The position numbers and the translations under genes are program-made. The notes below the pieces were generated by a model that was given only the letters and a program-made list of their open reading frames with translations, was not told the DNA's origin and did not search any database. A DNA stretch of 64,000 nt from Deltaproteobacteria bacterium (GTDB taxonomy: Bacteria; Myxococcota_A; Polyangia; DRWM01; JAAZOP01): positions 40,779 through 104,778 of the forward strand of contig JACRCZ010000048.1 in the NCBI GenBank assembly GCA_016218765.1, given 5' to 3'. This document shows positions 35,639 to 44,723 of this stretch, in pieces (position 1 is the stretch's first letter; each line of letters begins with the position of its first letter).

Positions 35639-37351
35639 TCAACGCGAGATCACGAGCCAGGACGTGAGATCGATGTTGGCGCCGCTGCCGGTGTACGGTG
35701 CGCCGCCGTAGTCGGCGCGGTATTCGAAGGTGTTGTCGGCGCCGAGGACGACCTGGTCGGTGACGTCGAGAGAGACGATGGGGACTTCGCGTCCCGGGCA
35801 CCAGCCCGAGCGGCCGTACCACCAGGTGCCGTACTGGTTGGGGACGGTGCCCTGGCCGGTCTGTTGCATGCAGTCGTCGTCGGTGCCGGCCTGGGGGAAG
35901 CTGCGGACGTTGTCGGTGCCGTTGACGAGGTAGTGGTGGTTCACGTTGCAGAACTCGGCGCAGTTGCCGAGGTCGGCCATGCCGTGGCCGGAGAGGACGG
36001 TGGCGATCTCGACTTTCGCGGCGTCGGCGGGCACGGGGAGGGTGATGGCGGGGTGGGCGGTGTCGTAGTCGGCGGTGAGGGCGCCGCCGGAGAAGAGGTA
36101 CACGGCCTGCTCTGGGCGCACGGGCTTGCCGGCATCGGAGAAGCGCAGGTCGAGCGTGGTCTCGTAGGGTTGCTGCGAGTAGAAGGCGAAGCGGCGGCTG
36201 CCGCCGTCGCCGAGGAGCGGGAGGAGGGCGCTGGCGTCGTGGACCCAGCGGCCTTCGCGGTGGTAGGTGGTGATCCAGCGGCCGAGCTCGACGTCGCAGA
36301 TGTCGGGATCGGATTCGTCGCAGAGGTAGAGCGAGTTGATGTAGTCCCAGGCCGGGCAGTCGCCGTACTCGCCGTCGCCGACGCAGCCGAGGTAGAGATC
36401 GAGCTCGAGGGTGTCGAAGCCGGCCATGGCGGCGGCGTCCGGGAGGTCGACATCGATCGTGGTGCGGGCGCCGGCCCAGCCCGGATCGGAGACGACCTCG
36501 CCGGCGAGGAGGTGGACGACGGTGGCGTCTTCGGCCTGCAGGGCCGCATCGCGCTCGGCCTCGAAGTTGTAGTAGACGGCCTCGTTGGCGGCCATGGAGA
36601 GGTTGGGTGCGAACCAGCCGCGGCCGGCGTCGTAGCGGGCGAAGTCGGCGTAGGAGCCGATGAAGCGGAGGCGCTGGAAGCGGTCGATGGCGACGCCCCA
36701 GCCGGGGGAGATCATCTGGGCGCCCAGCCAGCCCGGCAAGCCGCTGGCACGGCCGGGCAGGTAGTGGATGCGGCCCGTCCACCACGCGCGATCGTCCTCG
36801 CTCATTGCGCCCAGGGCGGTGTCGACGCGGCCTTGCAGGGCGGTGAGCGACTCGTTCCGGACGACGGGGGCGCCGTGGGTGGAGACGAAGAAGTAGTGGA
36901 CGTTGCGCGGCGAGCGGGCGAGGAGGGTATTGACGTCCCGTTCCCAGATGCCTCGCGTCCAGCCGGACTCCTGCTGCGGGGTATCCTGGATGAAGAGGTA
37001 GACGTCGCATCCGCTCCAGGCTGCGGAGAGGGTCCACGTGCCGTCCCAGGTCTCGAAGGAGACGTCGGCGGCGACGGCGTAGAGGGCGGGGTCGTCCGGG
37101 GCATCGATGAACTCGCGCACGGGCAGGCCGAGGGTGGTGCAGGGATCCGGGGGGGATGTCTCAGCCTCGGCGTCACCCTCATCGGCAATCTCGGGTTCCG
37201 CGTCGGCTTCCGCTTCCGCCTCGGCGTCCGGCTCCGCGTCGGTGGCGTCATCGACATCGGCGGCATCGGCGTCGGGCTGGGAGGAGTCGCCGCCGTTGCA
37301 GGCGGCCGCGGCAAGGAAGGCCAGAGCGGAGATCCATGGGATGGCTCGCAT
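35639..37351 (-). CDS. Exported hypothetical lipoprotein with an acidic D/E/A-rich linker
   Basis: The signal is MRAIPWISALAFLAAAACNGG. It is followed by DADAADVDDATDAEPDAEAEAEADAEPE. The ORF is 570 aa and no confident family was found. Confidence 0.55.
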   Translation of the reverse strand: MRAIPWISALAFLAAAACNGGDSSQPDADAADVDDATDAEPDAEAEAEADAEPEIADEGDAEAETSPPDPCTTLGLPVREFIDAPDDPALYAVAADVSFETWDGTWTLSAAWSGCDVYLFIQDTPQQESGWTRGIWERDVNTLLARSPRNVHYFFVSTHGAPVVRNESLTALQGRVDTALGAMSEDDRAWWTGRIHYLPGRASGLPGWLGAQMISPGWGVAIDRFQRLRFIGSYADFARYDAGRGWFAPNLSMAANEAVYYNFEAERDAALQAEDATVVHLLAGEVVSDPGWAGARTTIDVDLPDAAAMAGFDTLELDLYLGCVGDGEYGDCPAWDYINSLYLCDESDPDICDVELGRWITTYHREGRWVHDASALLPLLGDGGSRRFAFYSQQPYETTLDLRFSDAGKPVRPEQAVYLFSGGALTADYDTAHPAITLPVPADAAKVEIATVLSGHGMADLGNCAEFCNVNHHYLVNGTDNVRSFPQAGTDDDCMQQTGQGTVPNQYGTWWYGRSGWCPGREVPIVSLDVTDQVVLGADNTFEYRADYGGAPYTGSGANIDLTSWLVISR

Positions 37352-37459
37352 GAGGGCGCGTATAGCACGGAACGAGGCGTGCGGACGAGCGGACGGGGGG
37401 GAAGCGAGCGGACGAGACGACCGCTCGGCCGCTCGGCCGCTCGACCGCTCGCCCGTTGG

Positions 37460-38530
37460 TCAATAGAGCGTGTCGTCGGGGTGGGTGGCGAGGAGCTCAT
37501 CGATGCGTGCGAGGGCCTGCTCGCGGCGGTCGAGGACGGCGCCGACGATGTCCTCGTCCAACGTGGCGCCCTGGAATTCCCGGGTGAGCAGGGCACGGAG
37601 GGTGTCGGGGTCGAGATTGCGGAGGCTGTCGACGAGGGTTTGGGGGAAGACCTTGATGCGCCAGAGCCAGCGGCGGCACTGGACGTCGCGGCCGGAGGGG
37701 TTGTAGAGCGAGTCGCCGAAATCGATGGCGACGAGGAGCTGGGAGTCGGAATCGGGGAAGCGGACCGAGCCGACGTTGTGCGGGCGATCCTCGTTGAAGA
37801 CGAGGAAGTCGAGGAGGAAGACGGCGGTGAGATCCTGGAGCGGCTGCGAGGCGGCCACCCAGTCGCGGTTGTTCGGTCCCATCCAGCCGGTGAGCTTGTC
37901 GAAGGTCTCGGGCAGCGAGGCGAGCGGTCCGATCTTGAACTGGAACTCGGGGACCCAGTAGGTGAAGGAGCCGCAGGCGCGGGTCTCGTCGCCCTCCCCT
38001 TCCCAGGTCACCAGCTCGGCGACCTCGGCCGGCTGATCGGCGAGGCCGACGTCGAGGATGGAACGGGGGAAACAGCGGTCGACGGTCGGGGTGAGACGGA
38101 TGCCGAGGGCGCGGCCGAGGCGGTAGGAGAAGATCTCGCCGACCCAGTCGCGGTAGTTCTGCTGCTTGACCTTGAGGAGGCCCTCGATGGTGCCGCCGTC
38201 CGGGGTGGAGAGGGTGACGCGGAAGCGCACCTTGGGTCGGACGCCGCGCTCGTAGGTGGCCTTGACGAGGAGGCGGCCGTCGTCGCCGGCGGCCACGGTG
38301 TCGCCGCGGAGGAGCTGCTCGGTGGCGTCGAGGTTCCGGAGGCGTTCGATGGTGGACGCGTCGGCGGTCGTTTGGTCGTCGGGGGGGGAGAGATCCGGGG
38401 GGTCGGCGAGGGCGGAGTGAGGATGGGCGAGGCAGGCAAACACGGCGGCAAGGGCCGCTACGGCGCGAGTGTTCGGGAGGGCTGCGAGGCGCGGAAGGTG
38501 GGAACGGGAGTGGGCGGTTGGGGACGGCAT
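37460..38530 (-). CDS. Secreted atypical protein-kinase-like protein (Fam20/four-jointed-like catalytic segment)
   Basis: A signal peptide is present. The segment LLDFLVFNEDRPHNVG...LVAIDFGDS resembles the DFLxGNxDRHH catalytic loop plus DFG of Fam20-type kinases. This assignment is from memory and is hedged. Confidence 0.5.
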   Translation of the reverse strand: MPSPTAHSRSHLPRLAALPNTRAVAALAAVFACLAHPHSALADPPDLSPPDDQTTADASTIERLRNLDATEQLLRGDTVAAGDDGRLLVKATYERGVRPKVRFRVTLSTPDGGTIEGLLKVKQQNYRDWVGEIFSYRLGRALGIRLTPTVDRCFPRSILDVGLADQPAEVAELVTWEGEGDETRACGSFTYWVPEFQFKIGPLASLPETFDKLTGWMGPNNRDWVAASQPLQDLTAVFLLDFLVFNEDRPHNVGSVRFPDSDSQLLVAIDFGDSLYNPSGRDVQCRRWLWRIKVFPQTLVDSLRNLDPDTLRALLTREFQGATLDEDIVGAVLDRREQALARIDELLATHPDDTLY

Positions 38531-38674
38531 CGGCGACCTTTCTTGGCGCGGAGGCTACAACGGGGCGATCCGGGCGGCAACGAGCGCGCGCCGTGGGTCA
38601 CGGACGGATGGGGGAATGGAAAATGCAAAAATGCAATGAAAAATGAAAAACGACTCGGCGGGGGAGGCGCGGCG

Positions 38675-40129
38675 TCAGCGTTGTCGGCGGCGGGAGAGAA
38701 GGAGGGCGGCGGCGGCGAGGAGAAGGGACACGGCGGGGCCGAAGCTGGTGCCGGCGACGCGGCAGCCGCAGCCGGTTTCGGCGAAGCCGGGGCCGACGTC
38801 CACGACGTCGCGGGGGGTGTCGCCGGTGCCGTCGGTGGCGATGTCGGCGGGGGTATCGGGTGAGGCGTCGGCCTCCGCCGCTGTTTCCGCGTCGCCGGTG
38901 ACGTCCGAATCGGCGTCCGCGTCCGCACCCGAATCCACGTCGGCCTCCGCGGAGGAATCCGCTTCGGCGGACGAGTCGGCGTCCGCGTCCGCGTCGGCGG
39001 CGCAGGCGCCTTCGTCGGTCGCGCCATCGCAGTCGTCGTCGGAGCCGTTGCACAGCTCGACGGCGGCTGCGTGAATGAAGGGATCGGAGTCGTTGCAGTC
39101 ACCTTCGCACGAGGCAAAGCCGTCGCCGTCGCCGTCCAGCTCGTCGGCGGGCGTGGTCCCGTCGCAGTCGTCGTCCAGGCCGTCGCAGGATTCGGCTGCG
39201 CCGGGATGGCGCAGCGGATTGCCGTCGTCGCAGTCGCCGGCGGCGGTGGTGTAGCCGTCGCCGTCCCCATCGATCGGGACGGCGCCGGCGACGGCGTCGA
39301 AGCGGGCGATGGCGGTGGCGATGTCCTCGGCCCAGACGTAGTACCAGACGAAGGTGGTGGTTTCGCCGGGGTCGAGCGCGGGCTCGTGGAAGACGATGGC
39401 GGACCAGTAGTCGCCGGAAGCTCCGTTGTCGTCGACGGGCGTCATCCAGGTGGCGGAAGGGCTGTCGGGAAACGTGTCGACGGTCGAGGAGACGCGGGCG
39501 CGGGCGTCGGCGGAGCCGGCGGCGAGCACGACGGTCCTGGGGGAGGTGGTGCCGTTGGTGCGCAGGGCGGTGGAATCCGTGGGGGGTTGGCGCACGACAT
39601 CGTTGTCGGTCGCGTAGCCGCCTCCGATGTCGACTCCGAAGTCGCACTCGTCCTGGAAGAGGAGGTAGGCGTCGGCCAGCGACGCCGCGCCGTTGTTGGT
39701 CAGCGTGGCGGTGATGCGCACCGCGCGGTCGTCGGTGCCGAGGTAGTAGTCCAGGGCCAGGGTGACGTCGCGTAGACCGTCGGAGTAGCGGCCCGACCAG
39801 AGGATGGAGCGTCCCGAGATGGTGGTGCTGCCGGTCGTGGCGAAGCCGGCGCTGCCGCCGTTGAGGTTCTGGACGAGGAAACTCGAGGAGTCGGTGGCCT
39901 CGAAGACGATCGCGTAGTAGGGCGAGCCGGGGTAGAAGGCGTCGCCGCAGACGGGACCGCCGACGGTCTCACGGTAGCGCATGCTGTGGCCGGCCTCGTT
40001 GAGCAGCACGCCGTTGGCGGCGACGCCGACGTAGTCGACGTACGTGCCGATCAGCTCGACCTGGGCCCCGGCCGGTGCGGCGGCGATGAGGATGGCGATG
40101 GCGACCATTCCGATGGCTGCGCTGCGCAT
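38675..40129 (-). CDS. Exported protein with MopE-like metal-binding motifs and a C-terminal MYXO-CTERM sorting signal
   Basis: The signal peptide is MRSAAIGMVAIAILIAAAPAGA. CDDGNPLRHPGAAESCDGLDDDCDG-type motifs occur twice. The C-terminus is GCGC-RVAGTSFGPAVSLLLAAAALLLSRRRQR. Confidence 0.65.
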   Translation of the reverse strand: MRSAAIGMVAIAILIAAAPAGAQVELIGTYVDYVGVAANGVLLNEAGHSMRYRETVGGPVCGDAFYPGSPYYAIVFEATDSSSFLVQNLNGGSAGFATTGSTTISGRSILWSGRYSDGLRDVTLALDYYLGTDDRAVRITATLTNNGAASLADAYLLFQDECDFGVDIGGGYATDNDVVRQPPTDSTALRTNGTTSPRTVVLAAGSADARARVSSTVDTFPDSPSATWMTPVDDNGASGDYWSAIVFHEPALDPGETTTFVWYYVWAEDIATAIARFDAVAGAVPIDGDGDGYTTAAGDCDDGNPLRHPGAAESCDGLDDDCDGTTPADELDGDGDGFASCEGDCNDSDPFIHAAAVELCNGSDDDCDGATDEGACAADADADADSSAEADSSAEADVDSGADADADSDVTGDAETAAEADASPDTPADIATDGTGDTPRDVVDVGPGFAETGCGCRVAGTSFGPAVSLLLAAAALLLSRRRQR

Positions 40130-40350
40130 GGTCGGACCCCTTCCCTCCCCGGCGGCGGGGACGGGAGGGATCATAGCGCCAATTGCGAGGGAGATCGTGC
40201 AGAATGCGGTGGTGGGGGGCGCGTCCAAGGCCGGCACGAAGGCCGCGGGGAGGAGCGCGAAAGCGGATTTCCCTTCGACTTCGCTCAGGGCAGGCGCGCA
40301 GCGGCCGCAAAGGACCGCAAAGGACGCAACGGGGGGGAGGAGCGGGGACG

Positions 40351-41559
40351 ATGAGACGAGCTTGCTGGATGGCGTGGGGGATCGTGGCGGCGTTGGGGAT
40401 GGGAGGGTGTTTCGTGGCGCGGGCACCGGCGGCGCAGGTGGTGCAGCCGCCGCCGCCGTCGTTGATCGCGTCGACGCCGGCGCCGGCGTACGTGCCGCCG
40501 AGCACGGTAACGGTCGGGACGGGGAATCCGCCGGCGGCCGTCGTCGTGCAGGCACCCCATCCGCCGCCCCCGGCGACCGTCGTCGTGCGCGTGCCGGAGC
40601 CTCCGCCCCCTCCCCCGCCGCCGACGGTGATCGTGCAGGCGCCCAATCCACCTGCGGCGACCGTGACCGTGACGGCGACGACGACGCAGGGCGCGACGGT
40701 GGTGGGCACGGTGAGCGCACCGCCGCCCCCGACGATCGTGGGGTCCGTGGCGGTTCCGGCGGTCGTCGGGCCGCCGCCGCCGACGATCGTGGGGGCGGTC
40801 GGGCCGTCGGCCATCGTGCTGGCGAACGGGACGGCGTACACGATCTGCCGGCTGTACCTGACGCCCGCGGGGCAATCGACGTGGGGCAACGACCTCCTGG
40901 GCGGGCAGATCATGGCGCCCGGAAGCCAGATGTCCGTGTCGCTCGACGGGTCGTGGGGCGCCTGGGACCTGCTGGCGGCGGACTGCAACGGCGCGACGAT
41001 CGTCGAGGAGCGCGGGCGGGCGCTGCCGTCCGACGGCGTGTGGTCGGTGCGCGCGGCGGCGACCGCGGTGGTGACCCGGCCCGTGCCGGCGGGCGTTGCG
41101 ACGGTGGTCGGTACGCCGGTGGTCGTGGGAACGGTGGCGGTGCCGGTCGTGGCGGGTCCCCCGCCGCCGGTGATCGTCGGGGCGGCGCCGCTCGCGACGG
41201 CGGATTTCGGCGGGCGCGCGGGGCTCACGGCGCTGGCGGTGGCCTACTGGCTGGGCGCGGACGCGGACGACCTGGACGAGCTGCGGCGGGCGGCGCTCGA
41301 CGAGGGCGCGTGCGGGTTCATTGACGCCGACGATTTGGACCAGATGTGCTCGATCGCGATCGACGACATGGGCGCGTGCAGCTTCCTGGACAACGACGAC
41401 CTGGAGACGCTGTGCGAGGTGGGGTTCGAGGGGGAGAGCTCGTGCGGGTTCATCCGCGACGCGAACCTCCAGGCGTTTTGCCGCAGCGCGTTCGAGGGCG
41501 AGCGGCTGTGCGGGTCGATCACGGACCCGCGCATCCAGCAGATCTGCTGGCAGATGTAG
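40351..41559 (+). CDS. Pro-rich lipoprotein with C-terminal Cys-containing DDLD repeats
   Basis: It starts MRRACWMAWGIVAALGMGGC. There is a poly-Pro tract (PEPPPPPPPPT) and four repeats of the form CGFIDADDLDQMC, CSFLDNDDLETLC, CGFIRDANLQAFC and CGSITDPRIQQIC. Confidence 0.55.
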   Translation: MRRACWMAWGIVAALGMGGCFVARAPAAQVVQPPPPSLIASTPAPAYVPPSTVTVGTGNPPAAVVVQAPHPPPPATVVVRVPEPPPPPPPPTVIVQAPNPPAATVTVTATTTQGATVVGTVSAPPPPTIVGSVAVPAVVGPPPPTIVGAVGPSAIVLANGTAYTICRLYLTPAGQSTWGNDLLGGQIMAPGSQMSVSLDGSWGAWDLLAADCNGATIVEERGRALPSDGVWSVRAAATAVVTRPVPAGVATVVGTPVVVGTVAVPVVAGPPPPVIVGAAPLATADFGGRAGLTALAVAYWLGADADDLDELRRAALDEGACGFIDADDLDQMCSIAIDDMGACSFLDNDDLETLCEVGFEGESSCGFIRDANLQAFCRSAFEGERLCGSITDPRIQQICWQM

Positions 41560-41590
41560 AGGGTTGACCGGGCGGTCGCGTCCGCGGAAC

Positions 41591-42691
41591 ATGGGTGCGA
41601 TGGAGCCGGACGGCACCACGCCCGATGAAGCCGCGGCCACACCGGTGGGCGGCGCGACCGCGGCGCCGGGGCCGGTCCGCGAGTCGCTGGATGCGACTCC
41701 GGAGCGGACGCTGGCGCGCGTGCGGTACGTGGTGCGCTGGACGGTCATCGCGGCGACGCTGGCCGCGGGTCTTGCGTTCGCCGCGGGCGTCGCATCGGAC
41801 GTGGTGCGGCCGTGGCTCTACGGCTTCCGGCCGTGGTGGGTGTCGCCGGCGGGGTACCGGTTCCTCGGACCGCAGCCGCCGCTGGTGTGGCTGGTCGCCG
41901 GGCTGCTGGTCGGGGCGGGGGTCGGCGTGGCGGCGGCGATGGGCGTCGGGCGCCGGCGGTGGTTTCGCGTCGCGGGGGGAGCGGCGGGAGCGGTCGGCCT
42001 GGCGCTGCTCGTGCTGACGGCGGTCGATGTGGCGCGGTTCGGCGTCGGCGGACCGGGTGGACTCGCGGCGGTGCCGTGGGACGTCTTCACGGGTTCGATC
42101 GCGATGACGATCGCGGGCTCGCTGGCGGCGTTGGGACGCCTGGGGGAGCCGCCTCGCGCGCGGCTGTGGCGCTGGATGCCGGTTCCGGCCGCGGTCGTGC
42201 TGGCGTTGGGCGTGGGGTATCCGACGATCTCGGACGTGTGGACGTGGTACCGGCCGCAGGACCTGCGGTCGTTCCATGCCGAGCTGGTGCGGGCACGAAG
42301 GACGTACTCCGCCGAGGTCGTGGGGGAGTCGCGGGACGTCGTCGAGGCCAACGGCGTGCTCTACCGTCTGGATCGCAGCGATACGATGCGACTGACGCCG
42401 GACGACGTGTCGCGGGTGATCTGGTTCCCGCCCGAGGACGGCGACGACCGCCCGTCGGTGGGCATCCGGCTGCGGTCCGGGCTGCACGGGGATCTGGCGC
42501 GGCGGAGCGAGCGTGGGATGCGGCAGTACGGGGCGTGGGACAGCGACGCGCTGTTCATCGACGGGCGCCTGTACCTGGTGGCGTCGTACCAGGGTCTGCT
42601 CCTGGACGGCCGGATGTCCGTGCGGGCGGGCGAGACGGACGGGGAGCTGCGCGAGCTGTACGCGGCGTTGACGGGGGAGGAGGCGCCGTGA
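41591..42691 (+). CDS. Integral membrane protein (about 5 TM) with a C-terminal soluble domain
   Basis: Hydrophobic segments are present. The ATG is an internal Met of ORF 41321..42691. Confidence 0.5.
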   Translation: MGAMEPDGTTPDEAAATPVGGATAAPGPVRESLDATPERTLARVRYVVRWTVIAATLAAGLAFAAGVASDVVRPWLYGFRPWWVSPAGYRFLGPQPPLVWLVAGLLVGAGVGVAAAMGVGRRRWFRVAGGAAGAVGLALLVLTAVDVARFGVGGPGGLAAVPWDVFTGSIAMTIAGSLAALGRLGEPPRARLWRWMPVPAAVVLALGVGYPTISDVWTWYRPQDLRSFHAELVRARRTYSAEVVGESRDVVEANGVLYRLDRSDTMRLTPDDVSRVIWFPPEDGDDRPSVGIRLRSGLHGDLARRSERGMRQYGAWDSDALFIDGRLYLVASYQGLLLDGRMSVRAGETDGELRELYAALTGEEAP

Positions 42692-42693
42692 AG

Positions 42694-42723
42694 GGAGCGG
42701 TGGAGCGGTAGAGCGGTAGAGCG
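42694..42723. repeat. GGT[G/A]GAGC-family tandem repeat upstream of an exported-protein gene
   Basis: The sequence is GGAGCGGTGGAGCGGTAGAGCGGTAGAGCG. It starts 3 nt after the stop at 42691 and lies about 55 nt upstream of the ATG at 42779. Confidence 0.65.
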
Positions 42724-42778
42724 TCAGGGCGGGCGGTCGGCTTGATCGGCCTCGCTCCGGTTGGTAGCGTCACGAACC

Positions 42779-43417
42779 ATGAGAACTGCAATCGTGGTCG
42801 TGGTCGTTCTGCTGGCGTCGGGATCTTGCTGTTCGCATCCGGGTCCGGGGTCGTGTCCGTCGTGTCCGGCCTGTCCACAGGCGGGGACGGAGGCCGGGGC
42901 GGCGGCGACGCCGGCGACGTTCACGGACAACCAGGGGACGGCGGTGACGTTCGAGCTGGGCGCCCGCGCCTTCGCGGACCGCATCGTTTCGGCCGAGCCG
43001 GGCGATCCGGCGCGCACGGCCGCGGGCTGGACCGATCCGGCCGCGGCGCTCGCGGTGCCGGACTACCACGGCGAGCATGACGAGCCGCCCACGGCCGTGA
43101 CGCTCGGCTGCGGCGGCGTCCTGGTCGTCGAGTTCACCGACAACGGGCTCGTCGACGGGCCGGGCGCCGACCTGCACGTGTTCGAGTGCGGGCCGGACGT
43201 CGAGGCGATGCACATCGCGATCAGCGTCGACGGCACGAGTTGGACGGAGGTGGGCGACGTGCGCGGCCAGCCGGCGCAGGTCGACCTCGCGGCCGTGGCC
43301 GCACCGGATGTCTCGTACCGTTTCGTCCGCATCACGGACCTCCGCGATTCCTGCAGCTCGACGTTTCCCGGTGCGGACATCGATGCCGTCGGAGCGATCC
43401 ACGCCGTGGCGCTCTGA
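42779..43417 (+). CDS. Small exported protein
   Basis: MRTAIVVVVVLLASGSCC is a signal peptide. The ORF is 213 aa. Confidence 0.5.
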   Translation: MRTAIVVVVVLLASGSCCSHPGPGSCPSCPACPQAGTEAGAAATPATFTDNQGTAVTFELGARAFADRIVSAEPGDPARTAAGWTDPAAALAVPDYHGEHDEPPTAVTLGCGGVLVVEFTDNGLVDGPGADLHVFECGPDVEAMHIAISVDGTSWTEVGDVRGQPAQVDLAAVAAPDVSYRFVRITDLRDSCSSTFPGADIDAVGAIHAVAL

Positions 43418-43464
43418 CCCGGCGGGCGCCGACGTCGAGGATCCCAAGGAGGTAGACGGGTCGC

Positions 43465-44715
43465 GTGGAACCGCTCGTTCCGGCTGCCGAAACCCCCCTG
43501 CTGCTCGCCATCCTTGCCGCGTGCGCGGCGGGAGCGCTGTGGGCGGAGGAGCGGTTCGCCTTCGCGCGCAAGGTGACGGCGTTCATGGTGGCGCTCCTGG
43601 CGGGGATGGCGCTGTCGAACGCGCGCGTCATCCCGGCGGACGCCCCGGCTCTGGACCTCGTGTGGGCTTGGGTGGTGCCGCTGGCGCTGCCGCTGCTGCT
43701 GGTGCGCGCGAATCTGGTGCGCATCTTCCGCGAGACCGGCCCGACACTGGGCGCCTTCCTGGTCGGCGCGCTCGGGACGGTGCTCGGTGGGTTCGTGGCG
43801 GCGTGGCTGGTGCCGGTGGGACCGGAGTCGTGGAAGGCGACGGGGGTATTCGTCGGCACGTACATCGGCGGATCGATCAACTTCCTGGCGATCTCGCGGG
43901 CGACCGAGCTTTCGCCGGGCATCTCGTCCGCGGCCATCGCGGCGGACAACCTGGTGATGACGTTGTACTTCTTCGTGCTGATTGCGGCGGCGCGGTCGGC
44001 GCGGTTGCACCGGTGGTTCTCGCGGGACCGCACAGGCGGGGTCCAGCGTCCGGGCAAGCCCGAGCAGCCGCGGGCTGAAGCCCGCGGTTCGGAAACCAAG
44101 GAGCCGCAGGCGACGGTGGGCGGTCCGGTGCCGGCACGGTCCGGCGGGTCGGAGCCGCCGCAGGCCGAGCCGCGCGGTACGGAGACGCAGCGCCCGCCGG
44201 CGACGGTGGTAGGCCTGGCGACGTCGCTGGCCTTTGCGTTCGGAACGGTCGCGACGGGCACGCTGCTGGCGCGGGTGGCGGGCACGCCGCACCTCGTGGC
44301 GCTGTTCATCACGGGGCTGGCCGTGGCGGTGGCGACGATCTTCCCGCGGCATCTGGGGGAGCTGCCCGGCGCGGAGGAGCTGGGGGTGTTCCTGATGCAC
44401 GTGTTCGCGGTGGCGCTGGGCGCCGCGGCGGAGGTGCGGACGATCGTGGAGCGCGGTCCGCTGTTGTTCGCGATGGCGGCGACGATCATCGCGGTGCACA
44501 TGGTGTTCCTGTTCGGGGTCTGCCGGGCGCTGCGGCTGCCGCTGCCGGAGACGATCGTGGCGTCCAACGCGAACATCGGCGGCCCGACGACGGCCTCGGC
44601 CTTCGCCGTCGCCGTGCACTGGGAGCGGCTGGTGCTGCCTGCCGTGCTGGCCGGCGTCCTTGGCTACGTCATCGCGAACTACATCGGGCTGGGCGTGGCC
44701 TACGCGGTGCGGTGA
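43465..44715 (+). CDS. Polytopic membrane protein (DUF819-like)
   Basis: A GTG start has AGGAGG 12 nt upstream. There are about 10 TM helices and a central charged loop. Confidence 0.6.
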   Translation: MEPLVPAAETPLLLAILAACAAGALWAEERFAFARKVTAFMVALLAGMALSNARVIPADAPALDLVWAWVVPLALPLLLVRANLVRIFRETGPTLGAFLVGALGTVLGGFVAAWLVPVGPESWKATGVFVGTYIGGSINFLAISRATELSPGISSAAIAADNLVMTLYFFVLIAAARSARLHRWFSRDRTGGVQRPGKPEQPRAEARGSETKEPQATVGGPVPARSGGSEPPQAEPRGTETQRPPATVVGLATSLAFAFGTVATGTLLARVAGTPHLVALFITGLAVAVATIFPRHLGELPGAEELGVFLMHVFAVALGAAAEVRTIVERGPLLFAMAATIIAVHMVFLFGVCRALRLPLPETIVASNANIGGPTTASAFAVAVHWERLVLPAVLAGVLGYVIANYIGLGVAYAVR

Positions 44716-44723
44716 CCGCTCTC

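Noticed and set aside
32810-37037. N-terminal extensions of ORFs 32810..34393(-) and 34395..37037(-)
   Set aside because: The first is translated from the (GCTCCACC)n intergenic repeat (MERWSGGAVERS...). The second runs in a different frame through the upstream gene 35639..37351.
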